Positions 18,249 through 26,277 of a DNA stretch of 64,000 bases are shown here, piece after piece. The stretch is from Candidatus Dormiibacterota bacterium (lineage in GTDB: Bacteria > Chloroflexota > Dormibacteria > Dormibacterales > Dormibacteraceae): the NCBI GenBank assembly GCA_036395015.1, contig DASWDZ010000084.1, forward strand, positions 6,151 through 70,150, read 5' to 3'. Below the pieces are notes generated by a model. That model did no database searches. It was not told where the DNA came from and saw only the letters and a list, made by a program, of their open reading frames with translations. The first letter of the stretch is position 1, and every line of letters begins with the position of its first letter. The translations under genes and the position numbers were made by a program.

Positions 18249-21200
18249 ATGGGGACGGTGCTGGTCACAGACCTTGCAGCGAAAAAGGATCAGCTGCTGG
18301 CCGCGATCGAGCGAGAGAGCACGCCGCTCGAGCTCTCGGCCTACATGGTGCGCGGCGCGCCGGTTTCATTCGAGGAAGCCACCCGCGGCGACTTCAGGAC
18401 ATTTCATATGGGCGATCGGTGGGGGCCGCCCTGGAGCACGACGTGGTTTCACGTTCGTGGTCGCGTCCCCTCCGGATGGTCCGGTCAGCCTGCGGTGGCT
18501 GTCTTCGATCTCGGCTTTGAGGGCCGCCACCCGGGATTCACATGCGAGGCGCTCGCCTGGCGCGACGGCAAACCATGGCGCGGCGTCGACCCGAGACACC
18601 GTTGGCTCCCGATCTCCTCGCCAGAAGTCGACTTCTACCTGGAGGCCGGGGCGATCCCCACGGCAGTCGTCAGCGGGCCGGCCGATGCCCCTTCGATGAT
18701 CGCCCTGCGCGAATCCGCCGAGCCCGCGTTCGTGTTTGGTCGTGCCGAGCTTCGCATTCAGGATCCGGCCGCCCGCAAGGTTGCCCTCGACTTCAAGACG
18801 CTGTACGAGCTGGCCATGGTGCTGCCAGACGGCGACCGGCGGACCCAGAACCTGGAAGCGCTGACTCGGTTCGCCGCGAACAACGATCCGGTGGAGCTTG
18901 CAAGAGCCAGCTCTCGACCGTCGACGTCGACGCACATGATCACGGCGGTCGGTCACGCGCATATCGACACCGCGTGGCTGTGGCCGCTGCGCGAGACGCG
19001 CCGAAAGTGCGCACGCACGTTCTCGACCGCGCTCGCGCTGATGGACGAATATCCCGATTACCGGTTCGCCTGCTCGCAGCCGGCCCAGTACGCCTGGATG
19101 AAGGAGTCGTACCCCTCGATCTTCGAGGGAATCCGGCAGAAGGTCAGGTCTGGGCAGTGGGAGCCGGTGGGCTCGATGTGGGTCGAGGCCGACTGCAACC
19201 TGCCATCCGGCGAGGCGCTGGTCCGCCAGTTCCTGCACGGGAAGCGATTCTTCATGGAGGAATTCGGGGTCGACACGCGCGAGCTCTGGCTGCCCGATGT
19301 CTTCGGTTATCCGGCGTCGCTGCCACAGCTGATCGCGGAGTCAGGTGGCGAATACTTCCTGACCCAGAAGCTCTCCTGGAACGACACCAACAAGCCTGCC
19401 CACCACACGTTCATGTGGGAGGGCATCGATGGCAGCGCGATCTTCACGCACTTCCCACCAGCGGACACGTACAACGGTGACTTCAGCGCGACGCAGATCG
19501 TGCAGAGCGCCGTCGACTTCAAAGACCAGGACCGCTCGTCGAACTCCCTCTATCTCTATGGGTGGGGCGACGGAGGTGGCGGGCCCGAGCCCGACATGCT
19601 CGAGTCGGCTCACCGGCTGCACAGCATCGAAGGCGCCCCGCAGGTCGAGCTCGGCCGAGCCGCGGATTTCTTCGTACGCGCGAAGCAGGAGGCGCATGAC
19701 CTCACGACGTGGGTGGGCGAGCTGTACTTCGAACTGCATCGCGGCACGTACACATCACAGGCGCGGACGAAGCGGCTCAACCGCCGGTCTGAACAAGCGT
19801 TGCGCGAGGCCGAGACATGGTCTGTGGCGGTCGGGAGCGACTATCCACGTGAGCTTTTCGATTCCACGTGGAAGCGATTGCTGATCAACCAGTTCCACGA
19901 CATCCTTCCCGGGTCGAGCATCGACTGGGTCTACGAGGACGCCGAGCGCGAGCTGGAGGCGGTGGTCGAGGTCGCCGGGGGCATGATCACGGCCGCCCAG
20001 TCGAAGCTCGCCGGCTCAGGCGGCAACCTGACGGTTTTCAACGTCAACTCGCACGCGCGGCGCGAGGTGGTCGAGGTTGACGGCGAGGCAGTGCTGGTCG
20101 AGGCCCCCGCTTGCGGCTGGGCGTCGGTCGACCGGACGAAGCCGGCGGAGGTCGATCCAGTCTCGATCTCTGGACGCGTCATGGAGAACGGCCTGCTGCG
20201 CGTGACCTGGGACGACGACGGATTGCTCACCTCGATCTGGGACAAGGAGGTGGGCCGAGAGGTCCTTGCACCCGGCGCGCGCGGCAACCTGCTGCAGCTG
20301 CACGACGACAATCCCAAGAACTGGGACGCCTGGGACGTCGACGCCGACTATCGCCGTCGCTCGAGCGATATCACGCGGCTCGTGAAGGCAACGGTGGAGA
20401 CGAGCGGTCCGCTCCGCGCTGCCGTCTGGTTCACGCGTGAGTTCGGGTCTTCCAGGCTCGAGCAACGCATGGTCCTGGACGCCGGATCGCGGGTCCTCCG
20501 GTTCGAGACCGACGTCGACTGGCAGGAGGAGCACAAATTCCTGAAAGCGGCGTTTGGGGTCGCCGTGCGTTCGCCACGGGCGACGTACGAGATTCAGTTC
20601 GGCCATGTCGAGCGCAGCACGCATGCCAACACGAGCTGGGACCAGGCTCGGTTCGAGGTCTGCGCTCACCGGTGGGCACATCTCGGTGAGCCCGGATACG
20701 GCGTCGCACTCCTCAACGATTGCAAGTACGGCTACGACATCCAGGGCTCGGTGATGCGCCTTTCGCTGCTCCGCGCGCCTACCCATCCCGATCCGAATGC
20801 CGATCGTGGCAAGCACCGCTTCACGTACGCGCTGATGCCCCATCCCGGAGACTTCCGGGACGCGGGAGTGATCGCGGCCGCGGAAGACCTCAACCATCCG
20901 CTGCGCACGGTGCGCGGCGCGGTGCCGGAAGGCGAGCAGCGATCGCTGATCCAGGTCGACACTCCTCAAGTCGTCGTGGAGGCGATCAAGCGCGCGGAGG
21001 ACTCGGACGCAGTGATCGCGCGCCTGTACGAATCGTGGGGCGGGCGCTGCCGGGCAAGGCTTCGCACGTCGCTCCCGGTCGGGCGCGCCTACCTTTGCGA
21101 CCTGCTCGAGCGAGAGCGCCAGGAGGTGGCGGTCCGCGACGGCGTGCTCGAGCTCGAGGTCGAACCTTTCAAGATCCTCACGCTGAAGCTGGAACCGTAA
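18249..21200 (+). CDS. Glycoside hydrolase family 38 alpha-mannosidase (MAN2C1-like, no signal peptide)
   Basis: VGHAHIDTAWLWP catalytic-region motif, N-terminal WGPPWSTTWFHVRG block, about 980 aa. The ATG at 18249 lies within the longer tracked ORF. Confidence 0.9.
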   Translation: MGTVLVTDLAAKKDQLLAAIERESTPLELSAYMVRGAPVSFEEATRGDFRTFHMGDRWGPPWSTTWFHVRGRVPSGWSGQPAVAVFDLGFEGRHPGFTCEALAWRDGKPWRGVDPRHRWLPISSPEVDFYLEAGAIPTAVVSGPADAPSMIALRESAEPAFVFGRAELRIQDPAARKVALDFKTLYELAMVLPDGDRRTQNLEALTRFAANNDPVELARASSRPSTSTHMITAVGHAHIDTAWLWPLRETRRKCARTFSTALALMDEYPDYRFACSQPAQYAWMKESYPSIFEGIRQKVRSGQWEPVGSMWVEADCNLPSGEALVRQFLHGKRFFMEEFGVDTRELWLPDVFGYPASLPQLIAESGGEYFLTQKLSWNDTNKPAHHTFMWEGIDGSAIFTHFPPADTYNGDFSATQIVQSAVDFKDQDRSSNSLYLYGWGDGGGGPEPDMLESAHRLHSIEGAPQVELGRAADFFVRAKQEAHDLTTWVGELYFELHRGTYTSQARTKRLNRRSEQALREAETWSVAVGSDYPRELFDSTWKRLLINQFHDILPGSSIDWVYEDAERELEAVVEVAGGMITAAQSKLAGSGGNLTVFNVNSHARREVVEVDGEAVLVEAPACGWASVDRTKPAEVDPVSISGRVMENGLLRVTWDDDGLLTSIWDKEVGREVLAPGARGNLLQLHDDNPKNWDAWDVDADYRRRSSDITRLVKATVETSGPLRAAVWFTREFGSSRLEQRMVLDAGSRVLRFETDVDWQEEHKFLKAAFGVAVRSPRATYEIQFGHVERSTHANTSWDQARFEVCAHRWAHLGEPGYGVALLNDCKYGYDIQGSVMRLSLLRAPTHPDPNADRGKHRFTYALMPHPGDFRDAGVIAAAEDLNHPLRTVRGAVPEGEQRSLIQVDTPQVVVEAIKRAEDSDAVIARLYESWGGRCRARLRTSLPVGRAYLCDLLERERQEVAVRDGVLELEVEPFKILTLKLEP

Positions 21201-22266
21201 CCCGGCGCCAGGCCGGCCACCACGCGACGACGGCCAGTGCGACGAGCAGCGCGACCTCGAACAGCGTCCAGCGGTTGAGCCGAATGGCAAGGCTCGTGCT
21301 GTTGATGTAGGGGACCGAGATGAGCCAGCCGGCCGCGATCGGCATCCGCCATCCCCACCAGGCCTTCTCCTCCCACACCATCCAGGCGGCTGCGCTGAAC
21401 AGGCACAGGTCCGAGCCGTGGAGGTACGGCACCACCAGCAGCGAGCCCAACGCGCCGGTGGCGATCACAAGGCAGGGCGACGATCGAAGCCGGTAGGCGG
21501 TGACCAGGGTGACCGCGGCGATGACAACCCTGAGCGCCGTGGCCGCCCCGCCCGTGATCCCGAAGGCGCCCTCGACAGTGAGGTTGTTCGCGCCCGTGGG
21601 AAGCTCGCCTGTGAGCTGGCCCAGGTAATCCGAGATGCCGTTCACCCCCATGGACAAGATGGCGACAATGGCGATCACGCAGCCGGCCGCAGCCCAGGCC
21701 GCAAAGATTCGATAGCGGCCCGCGACCAGCAGCGCCAGAGGGACGAGCAGCGCGGTGTTCGGTTTCAGGTAGAGCAGGGACAGCGCGATCCCCGCCGCCA
21801 CGTCGTTCCGCTCGCGCGCGAACCGGGTCGCGACCACCGCGCCGGTCGCCACCAGTGGAGCGACCTGGCCAAGGTTGACCGCGTGAATCACCCACCACGG
21901 CGCCAGCGCCGCCGCGGCGTAGAGCCATCGCTCGAAACCTCGACTCCGGGACGCCCACACCAGGGCGGCGGCGAACGCGACCAGGTTGGTCACGGCCCAG
22001 ACCCAGTAGGCAACCCAGTACGGCAGCGGCGTCAGGGGCACGGTCAGCCAGGCGTCGGTGGGTGGGCTGAGGAACGGCTGCGCAATCTGCTCCGGGACCA
22101 GCTGCTTCTGCGCGGCGGCGACGAGGTCCTGGTCGTAGATCGCGGACCATCCGTGCTGAACGCCCACCAAGGCCGCCGCCAGGTAGGTGTGAAAGTCGAT
22201 GCCGATCGGCTCGTACCGATTCACCACGTCCAGGAAAAGGGCGACGAGCACGACCAGGAGCGCCAC
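21178..22266 (-). CDS. Polytopic membrane protein, GT-C fold glycosyltransferase-like (DUF2029/GT87-like)
   Basis: About 10 predicted TM segments. The N-terminal IGIDFHTYLAAALVGVQHG loop and a LYLKPN loop resemble DUF2029 mannosyltransferases. The family call is tentative. Confidence 0.45.
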   Translation of the reverse strand: MALLVVLVALFLDVVNRYEPIGIDFHTYLAAALVGVQHGWSAIYDQDLVAAAQKQLVPEQIAQPFLSPPTDAWLTVPLTPLPYWVAYWVWAVTNLVAFAAALVWASRSRGFERWLYAAAALAPWWVIHAVNLGQVAPLVATGAVVATRFARERNDVAAGIALSLLYLKPNTALLVPLALLVAGRYRIFAAWAAAGCVIAIVAILSMGVNGISDYLGQLTGELPTGANNLTVEGAFGITGGAATALRVVIAAVTLVTAYRLRSSPCLVIATGALGSLLVVPYLHGSDLCLFSAAAWMVWEEKAWWGWRMPIAAGWLISVPYINSTSLAIRLNRWTLFEVALLVALAVVAWWPAWRRVTVPASA

Positions 22267-22282
22267 CAGCGCCCACAGGCGT

Positions 22283-23302
22283 CTAGAGATTCTTCAGCTC
22301 CACGATCTCGCCCCGATCCGCCGACGCGTAGGCACCGAGAATCACCTTCAGCACGTTGACGCCCTCGACCTCCGTGTTGAGCGGTCGCCGGTTCTCACGC
22401 AGGCAGGCGATGAAGTCGACGACCTCCAGGGCGTAGGTGTCCGGCTCCGACGGGCCGGCCTCCTGGGCGACGGTCTGCTGACCACCGCGCGGTTTGAAGA
22501 ACAGCGTGCGACCGTCGCTCCATAGGCTGCCGTGCTCGCCGACCACCGAGAACCGTTCCGTGCTTCCGGCAGGCTCATAAGCCCATCCGGTGACGATCGA
22601 TCCGATGGTGCCGTCGGCGAACTCGACCAGGACGTGCGCCGTGTCCTCGCCCTCCATGAAGGACAGTCGATGCCGGCTCAGCATCGCCGCCACCTTGACA
22701 GGGACGCTGTCGACGAGATGGAGGAGCAGGTAGTTTGGGTGATACCCGGTATCGATCAGCTCACCGCCGCCGCTCGTCGCGCGCGCCGCTCGCCAGCCAA
22801 GCGTCTCCGGGGTGACGTTGAGCGCAAAAACGTCGGTGGTGCGAGCGGCGTAAACCTTGCCGAGCTTGCCCTCGCGAATCATGGCGCGCGCGGTCGCGAC
22901 CGTCGGCAGGAACAGTTGATTGTGCGCACACATCAGGGTGACACCGGCGGACGCCACCGCCCTGGTCACGGCGTCGGCCTCCTCGAGCGTCAGGCACAGA
23001 GGTTTCTCGCACAGGATGTGCTTGCCCGCGGCCGCCGCCGTCACGATGGCGTCCTTGTGCAGATGGTGCGGGAGGCAGATGTCGACCGCGTCGACCTCCG
23101 GCGACGCGATCATCTCCCGATAGTCGCTGAAGACCTCGAAACCGCCCAACTGTCTGGTGTGGCTGCGCGCACGATCCGCATCGACATCCGCGATCGCGGT
23201 CACCTGAGAGTGCTGTGCTGCGAGCAGGTAGCCATGGATGTGATGGCCGGCGATGTTGCCCGCGCCGATGATTCCGACTCCGATCTTTCCGTTCTGTGTC
23301 AT
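22283..23302 (-). CDS. Gfo/Idh/MocA family oxidoreductase
   Basis: KIGVGIIGAGNIAGHH Rossmann motif and ILCEKPL. Confidence 0.85.
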   Translation of the reverse strand: MTQNGKIGVGIIGAGNIAGHHIHGYLLAAQHSQVTAIADVDADRARSHTRQLGGFEVFSDYREMIASPEVDAVDICLPHHLHKDAIVTAAAAGKHILCEKPLCLTLEEADAVTRAVASAGVTLMCAHNQLFLPTVATARAMIREGKLGKVYAARTTDVFALNVTPETLGWRAARATSGGGELIDTGYHPNYLLLHLVDSVPVKVAAMLSRHRLSFMEGEDTAHVLVEFADGTIGSIVTGWAYEPAGSTERFSVVGEHGSLWSDGRTLFFKPRGGQQTVAQEAGPSEPDTYALEVVDFIACLRENRRPLNTEVEGVNVLKVILGAYASADRGEIVELKNL

Positions 23303-23335
23303 CGGCCTTGCTGCGGTATCTTGCCAGCCTTTCGT

Positions 23336-24205
23336 TCACATATCGAGGAGCCAGGTCGCGGTCTCGACGTGACGCGGAAGGTAGTCGCTGCCGATCGACC
23401 AGGCCACCGTCTGCGCCAGGCACCACAGGCGCGCCCGCTCCCGGTCCAGGCCGAGCTCCGAGGTCAGCCGGTCCAGGCGATGCTTGACCTCGGGGTGGCC
23501 GACGCCGAACTCGAACGACCGGACAATCGGCGCCAGCGCAAATTCACGCTCGCCGATCAGCGGTTTCGGGTCGATGACGAGCCACGGCTCGCGCTGCGCC
23601 CGGAGCACGTTGTCGCCGTGAAGATCCTGGTGGAGGAGGACTTGCTCGCCCTGGGAGCCCGGTAGGCTGCGCAGGGCGTCGAGCGCGGCGTCGATGAGCC
23701 TCTCCTCGAACTGTTTGCCCGCCCGCTCCCAATGCCCGCGCAGATGCGATGCCCACCAGGCAGCCTCCTCGGCGAGGCTGCGGAACGGAGGCGCCGGCGC
23801 CTCCTTCCACAGGCGAGGCAGCAGGCCCGCAAGAACGTCGAGGGCGATGTCCTGCCCGATGTTCGAGAGCGGCGTGCCGGGGATGCACCGCTCGACGAGG
23901 AACGCGCCCAGCCCCGGGTCGTTCGCGAGCAGCCTGATCGCACCGTCCCCATCCCAGTGGGCGAGAGCCAACGCCTCGTGCTCGCTTTCGCGGTCGGGAA
24001 ACGGAATCTTGAGCACGGCGTCCGTGCCGTCGGGAAGCCGGGCCGGGACCGTGAGCGAGGTGTAGGCGGTGGGAAAGGGCTTGCCGATGGTCAGCTCCCA
24101 CCTCTCGATGCAGGTCTTTGCGGATGCAGCGAGCCCATCGAGCCATGCCTTGCCTCTTGCTGAAGCCTTGAGCCAGTCAAGACCGGCCGGAATTTCAATC
24201 GTCAA
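23336..24205 (-). CDS. Aminoglycoside/small-molecule phosphotransferase (APH family, streptomycin 6-kinase-like)
   Basis: The catalytic loop LLHQDLHGDNVL and the overall layout resemble APH(6)-type kinases. TTG start. Confidence 0.7.
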   Translation of the reverse strand: MTIEIPAGLDWLKASARGKAWLDGLAASAKTCIERWELTIGKPFPTAYTSLTVPARLPDGTDAVLKIPFPDRESEHEALALAHWDGDGAIRLLANDPGLGAFLVERCIPGTPLSNIGQDIALDVLAGLLPRLWKEAPAPPFRSLAEEAAWWASHLRGHWERAGKQFEERLIDAALDALRSLPGSQGEQVLLHQDLHGDNVLRAQREPWLVIDPKPLIGEREFALAPIVRSFEFGVGHPEVKHRLDRLTSELGLDRERARLWCLAQTVAWSIGSDYLPRHVETATWLLDM

Positions 24206-24258
24206 CGCTCGGTGCCACTCTATGGAGGTCGATTTCGAAAGTCTGGAGGGTGGCGCAG

Positions 24259-25200
24259 ATGAGAGCCTCAGAACCGGTCGCAGTGATCCCGCAGTCGTTC
24301 AGCTACGTGTTCAGCCCCTACCGAGAACCGATCGCGCGGGTGCGCAAGGGTGAGCGGGTGGTGATCCAGTGCGAGGACGCGTTCGAGAGCAGGATCCGGT
24401 CAACCCAGGATGTGCCGAGCCGCGCGCTCGCCGGGGCCAAGTTCCTCAACCCGCAGACCGGACCGATCTACGTCGAGGGCGCGGAGCCGGGCGACGTGCT
24501 CGCCGTGCGGATCGAAGACATCTCGCCGACCAGAGACTTTGCCGTCAGCTGCCTGATCCCGTACTTCGGGGGTCTGACCTCGACCGCCGTCACGCGCACG
24601 CTCCAGGATCCTCTGGAGGAGCGGGTCTGGATCTGGCAGCTGAAGGACGGGTCTCTGAGCAACGAGGAGCTCGGGCTTTCCCTGCCCTGGCAGCCGTTCA
24701 TGGGCACGCTCGCGGTGGCGCCAGACCTGGAGGCGATCACGACCCTGGCGCCCGGTCCTTTCGGCGGGAACATGGACGTCCCCGACGTCTGCCCAGGCAA
24801 CACGGTTTATCTGCCGATCTGGAACGAAGGCGCTCTCTTCTACACGGGCGACACGCACGCTCGACAGGGCCAGGGCGAGCTGTGCGGTGTCGCTCTGGAA
24901 ATCACGTCCAGGGTCACGGTGGTCTTCGACGTCATCAAGGGCAAATCCATTCTCTGGCCGCGGATCGAATCTCCCGAACGCCTGATGACCGTGGGCAGCG
25001 CGCGACCGATGGAGGATGCGGCCCGCATCGCTTATGCCGAGCTCGCCGGATGGTTGGCGGCCGACTACGGCTGGACGGTGCCGAACGCCTACCAGCTGCT
25101 GACGCAGGCGGGAGGCCTCTACGTCGGCAACATGGTCGACACCACGTATTCGCTCGTCGCTTCGGTCGACAAGACGTTAGCCACCCGGCAGCATGGGTAG
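24259..25200 (+). CDS. Acetamidase/formamidase family protein
   Basis: NPQTGPIYVEGAEPGDVLAVRIEDI and GGNMD motifs. The ATG at 24259 is preceded by GGAGGG. Confidence 0.8.
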   Translation: MRASEPVAVIPQSFSYVFSPYREPIARVRKGERVVIQCEDAFESRIRSTQDVPSRALAGAKFLNPQTGPIYVEGAEPGDVLAVRIEDISPTRDFAVSCLIPYFGGLTSTAVTRTLQDPLEERVWIWQLKDGSLSNEELGLSLPWQPFMGTLAVAPDLEAITTLAPGPFGGNMDVPDVCPGNTVYLPIWNEGALFYTGDTHARQGQGELCGVALEITSRVTVVFDVIKGKSILWPRIESPERLMTVGSARPMEDAARIAYAELAGWLAADYGWTVPNAYQLLTQAGGLYVGNMVDTTYSLVASVDKTLATRQHG

Positions 25201-25203
25201 GCC

Positions 25204-26277
25204 CTAGTCCGTGTAGCGCCGCTCCACGCGCGGGCCGAGGGACGTCAGCACCTCGTAGCTGATCGTCCCCGCCCAGGCGGCGGCATGCTCGGCCGTGATC
25301 GCCTCGTCGCCGTCGCGCCCGATCAGTGTTGCCGTATCGCCCAGCTGGGCGCCCGGGATGTCGGTAACGTCGACCGTGATCGCGTCCATGCTGACCATTC
25401 CGATCAGCGGCGCACGCCGGCCGCGGATCAGCACGTCACCCTTGTTGGCGCGGGCGCGATGGATCCCATCGGCGTAGCCGATGGCGACCGTCGCCACGCG
25501 CGCTGTGGCGGGTGCTCGCCAGAGGGCGCCGTAACCGACGGTCGCTCCTTTGTCGACGGTCTTCACGTGCGTGATGGCGGCGCGGAGCGTGAGCGCCGGC
25601 CTCGTGCCCGGCCATTCACACCCGTAGATGGAGATGCCGCACCGCACCGCGTCCAGCGCGAACTCGGGGTGACGGAGCGCGGCAGCGGAGTTGCATGCGT
25701 GCCGCGTGCCGGGCCCGGCCTCGAACCGGGACACGGTGTCGAGAAAGAGCTGGAACTGGCGGCGCGTCATCTCGTCGTCCGATTCCGACTTCGCGAAGTG
25801 GGTCCAGGTCCCGGCCAGCCGCATCCCTCGCGATCCGTCGATCAATTGCGCGAGGCCGGGCCCGTCCTCCGGCGAGCAGCCGAAGCGGCTCATGCCGGTG
25901 TCGATCTTCAGGTGGACGGGGACCTCTCGCTCCGAGCCCGCGAGCGCCTCGGCGAGCTCGCGGTTGGAAACGGCGAGGCTGCAGCCGGTCGCGGCGGCCG
26001 CGGCGGCCTGCGAAGGCAGCAACCCGCCCATGACCAGGATCTGCTCCGCATCGACCAGGCCGCGAAGCTGAGCCGCCTCCTCAAGCGTGGCGACGGCCAG
26101 CCCGGTGGCGCCGCCCTCTAGCGCGGCGTGGGCCACGGGCACCGCCCCGTGTCCGTAGCCGGCTGCCTTGACCACGGCAAGGAGCTGGGTCCCTTTCGGC
26201 ACGTGCTCGAGGATGCGCGCGCAGTTGGCGCTGATCGCGCCGAGGTCGATCTCCGCCCAACGGAGCGAAGTCGTCAG
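25204..26277 (-). CDS. alr: Alanine racemase
   Basis: RWAEIDLGAISAN N-terminus and the PLP-Lys motif AVVKAAGYGHG. The only plausible start next to the conserved N-terminus is the CTG at 26277, which overlaps the upstream TGA. Confidence 0.85.
   Translation of the reverse strand: MTTSLRWAEIDLGAISANCARILEHVPKGTQLLAVVKAAGYGHGAVPVAHAALEGGATGLAVATLEEAAQLRGLVDAEQILVMGGLLPSQAAAAAATGCSLAVSNRELAEALAGSEREVPVHLKIDTGMSRFGCSPEDGPGLAQLIDGSRGMRLAGTWTHFAKSESDDEMTRRQFQLFLDTVSRFEAGPGTRHACNSAAALRHPEFALDAVRCGISIYGCEWPGTRPALTLRAAITHVKTVDKGATVGYGALWRAPATARVATVAIGYADGIHRARANKGDVLIRGRRAPLIGMVSMDAITVDVTDIPGAQLGDTATLIGRDGDEAITAEHAAAWAGTISYEVLTSLGPRVERRYTD

Noticed and set aside
6085-25200. Classical mobile genomic island
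   Set aside because: I found no integrase, transposase, tRNA attachment site or flanking direct repeats. I report it only as a synteny-breaking accessory locus.
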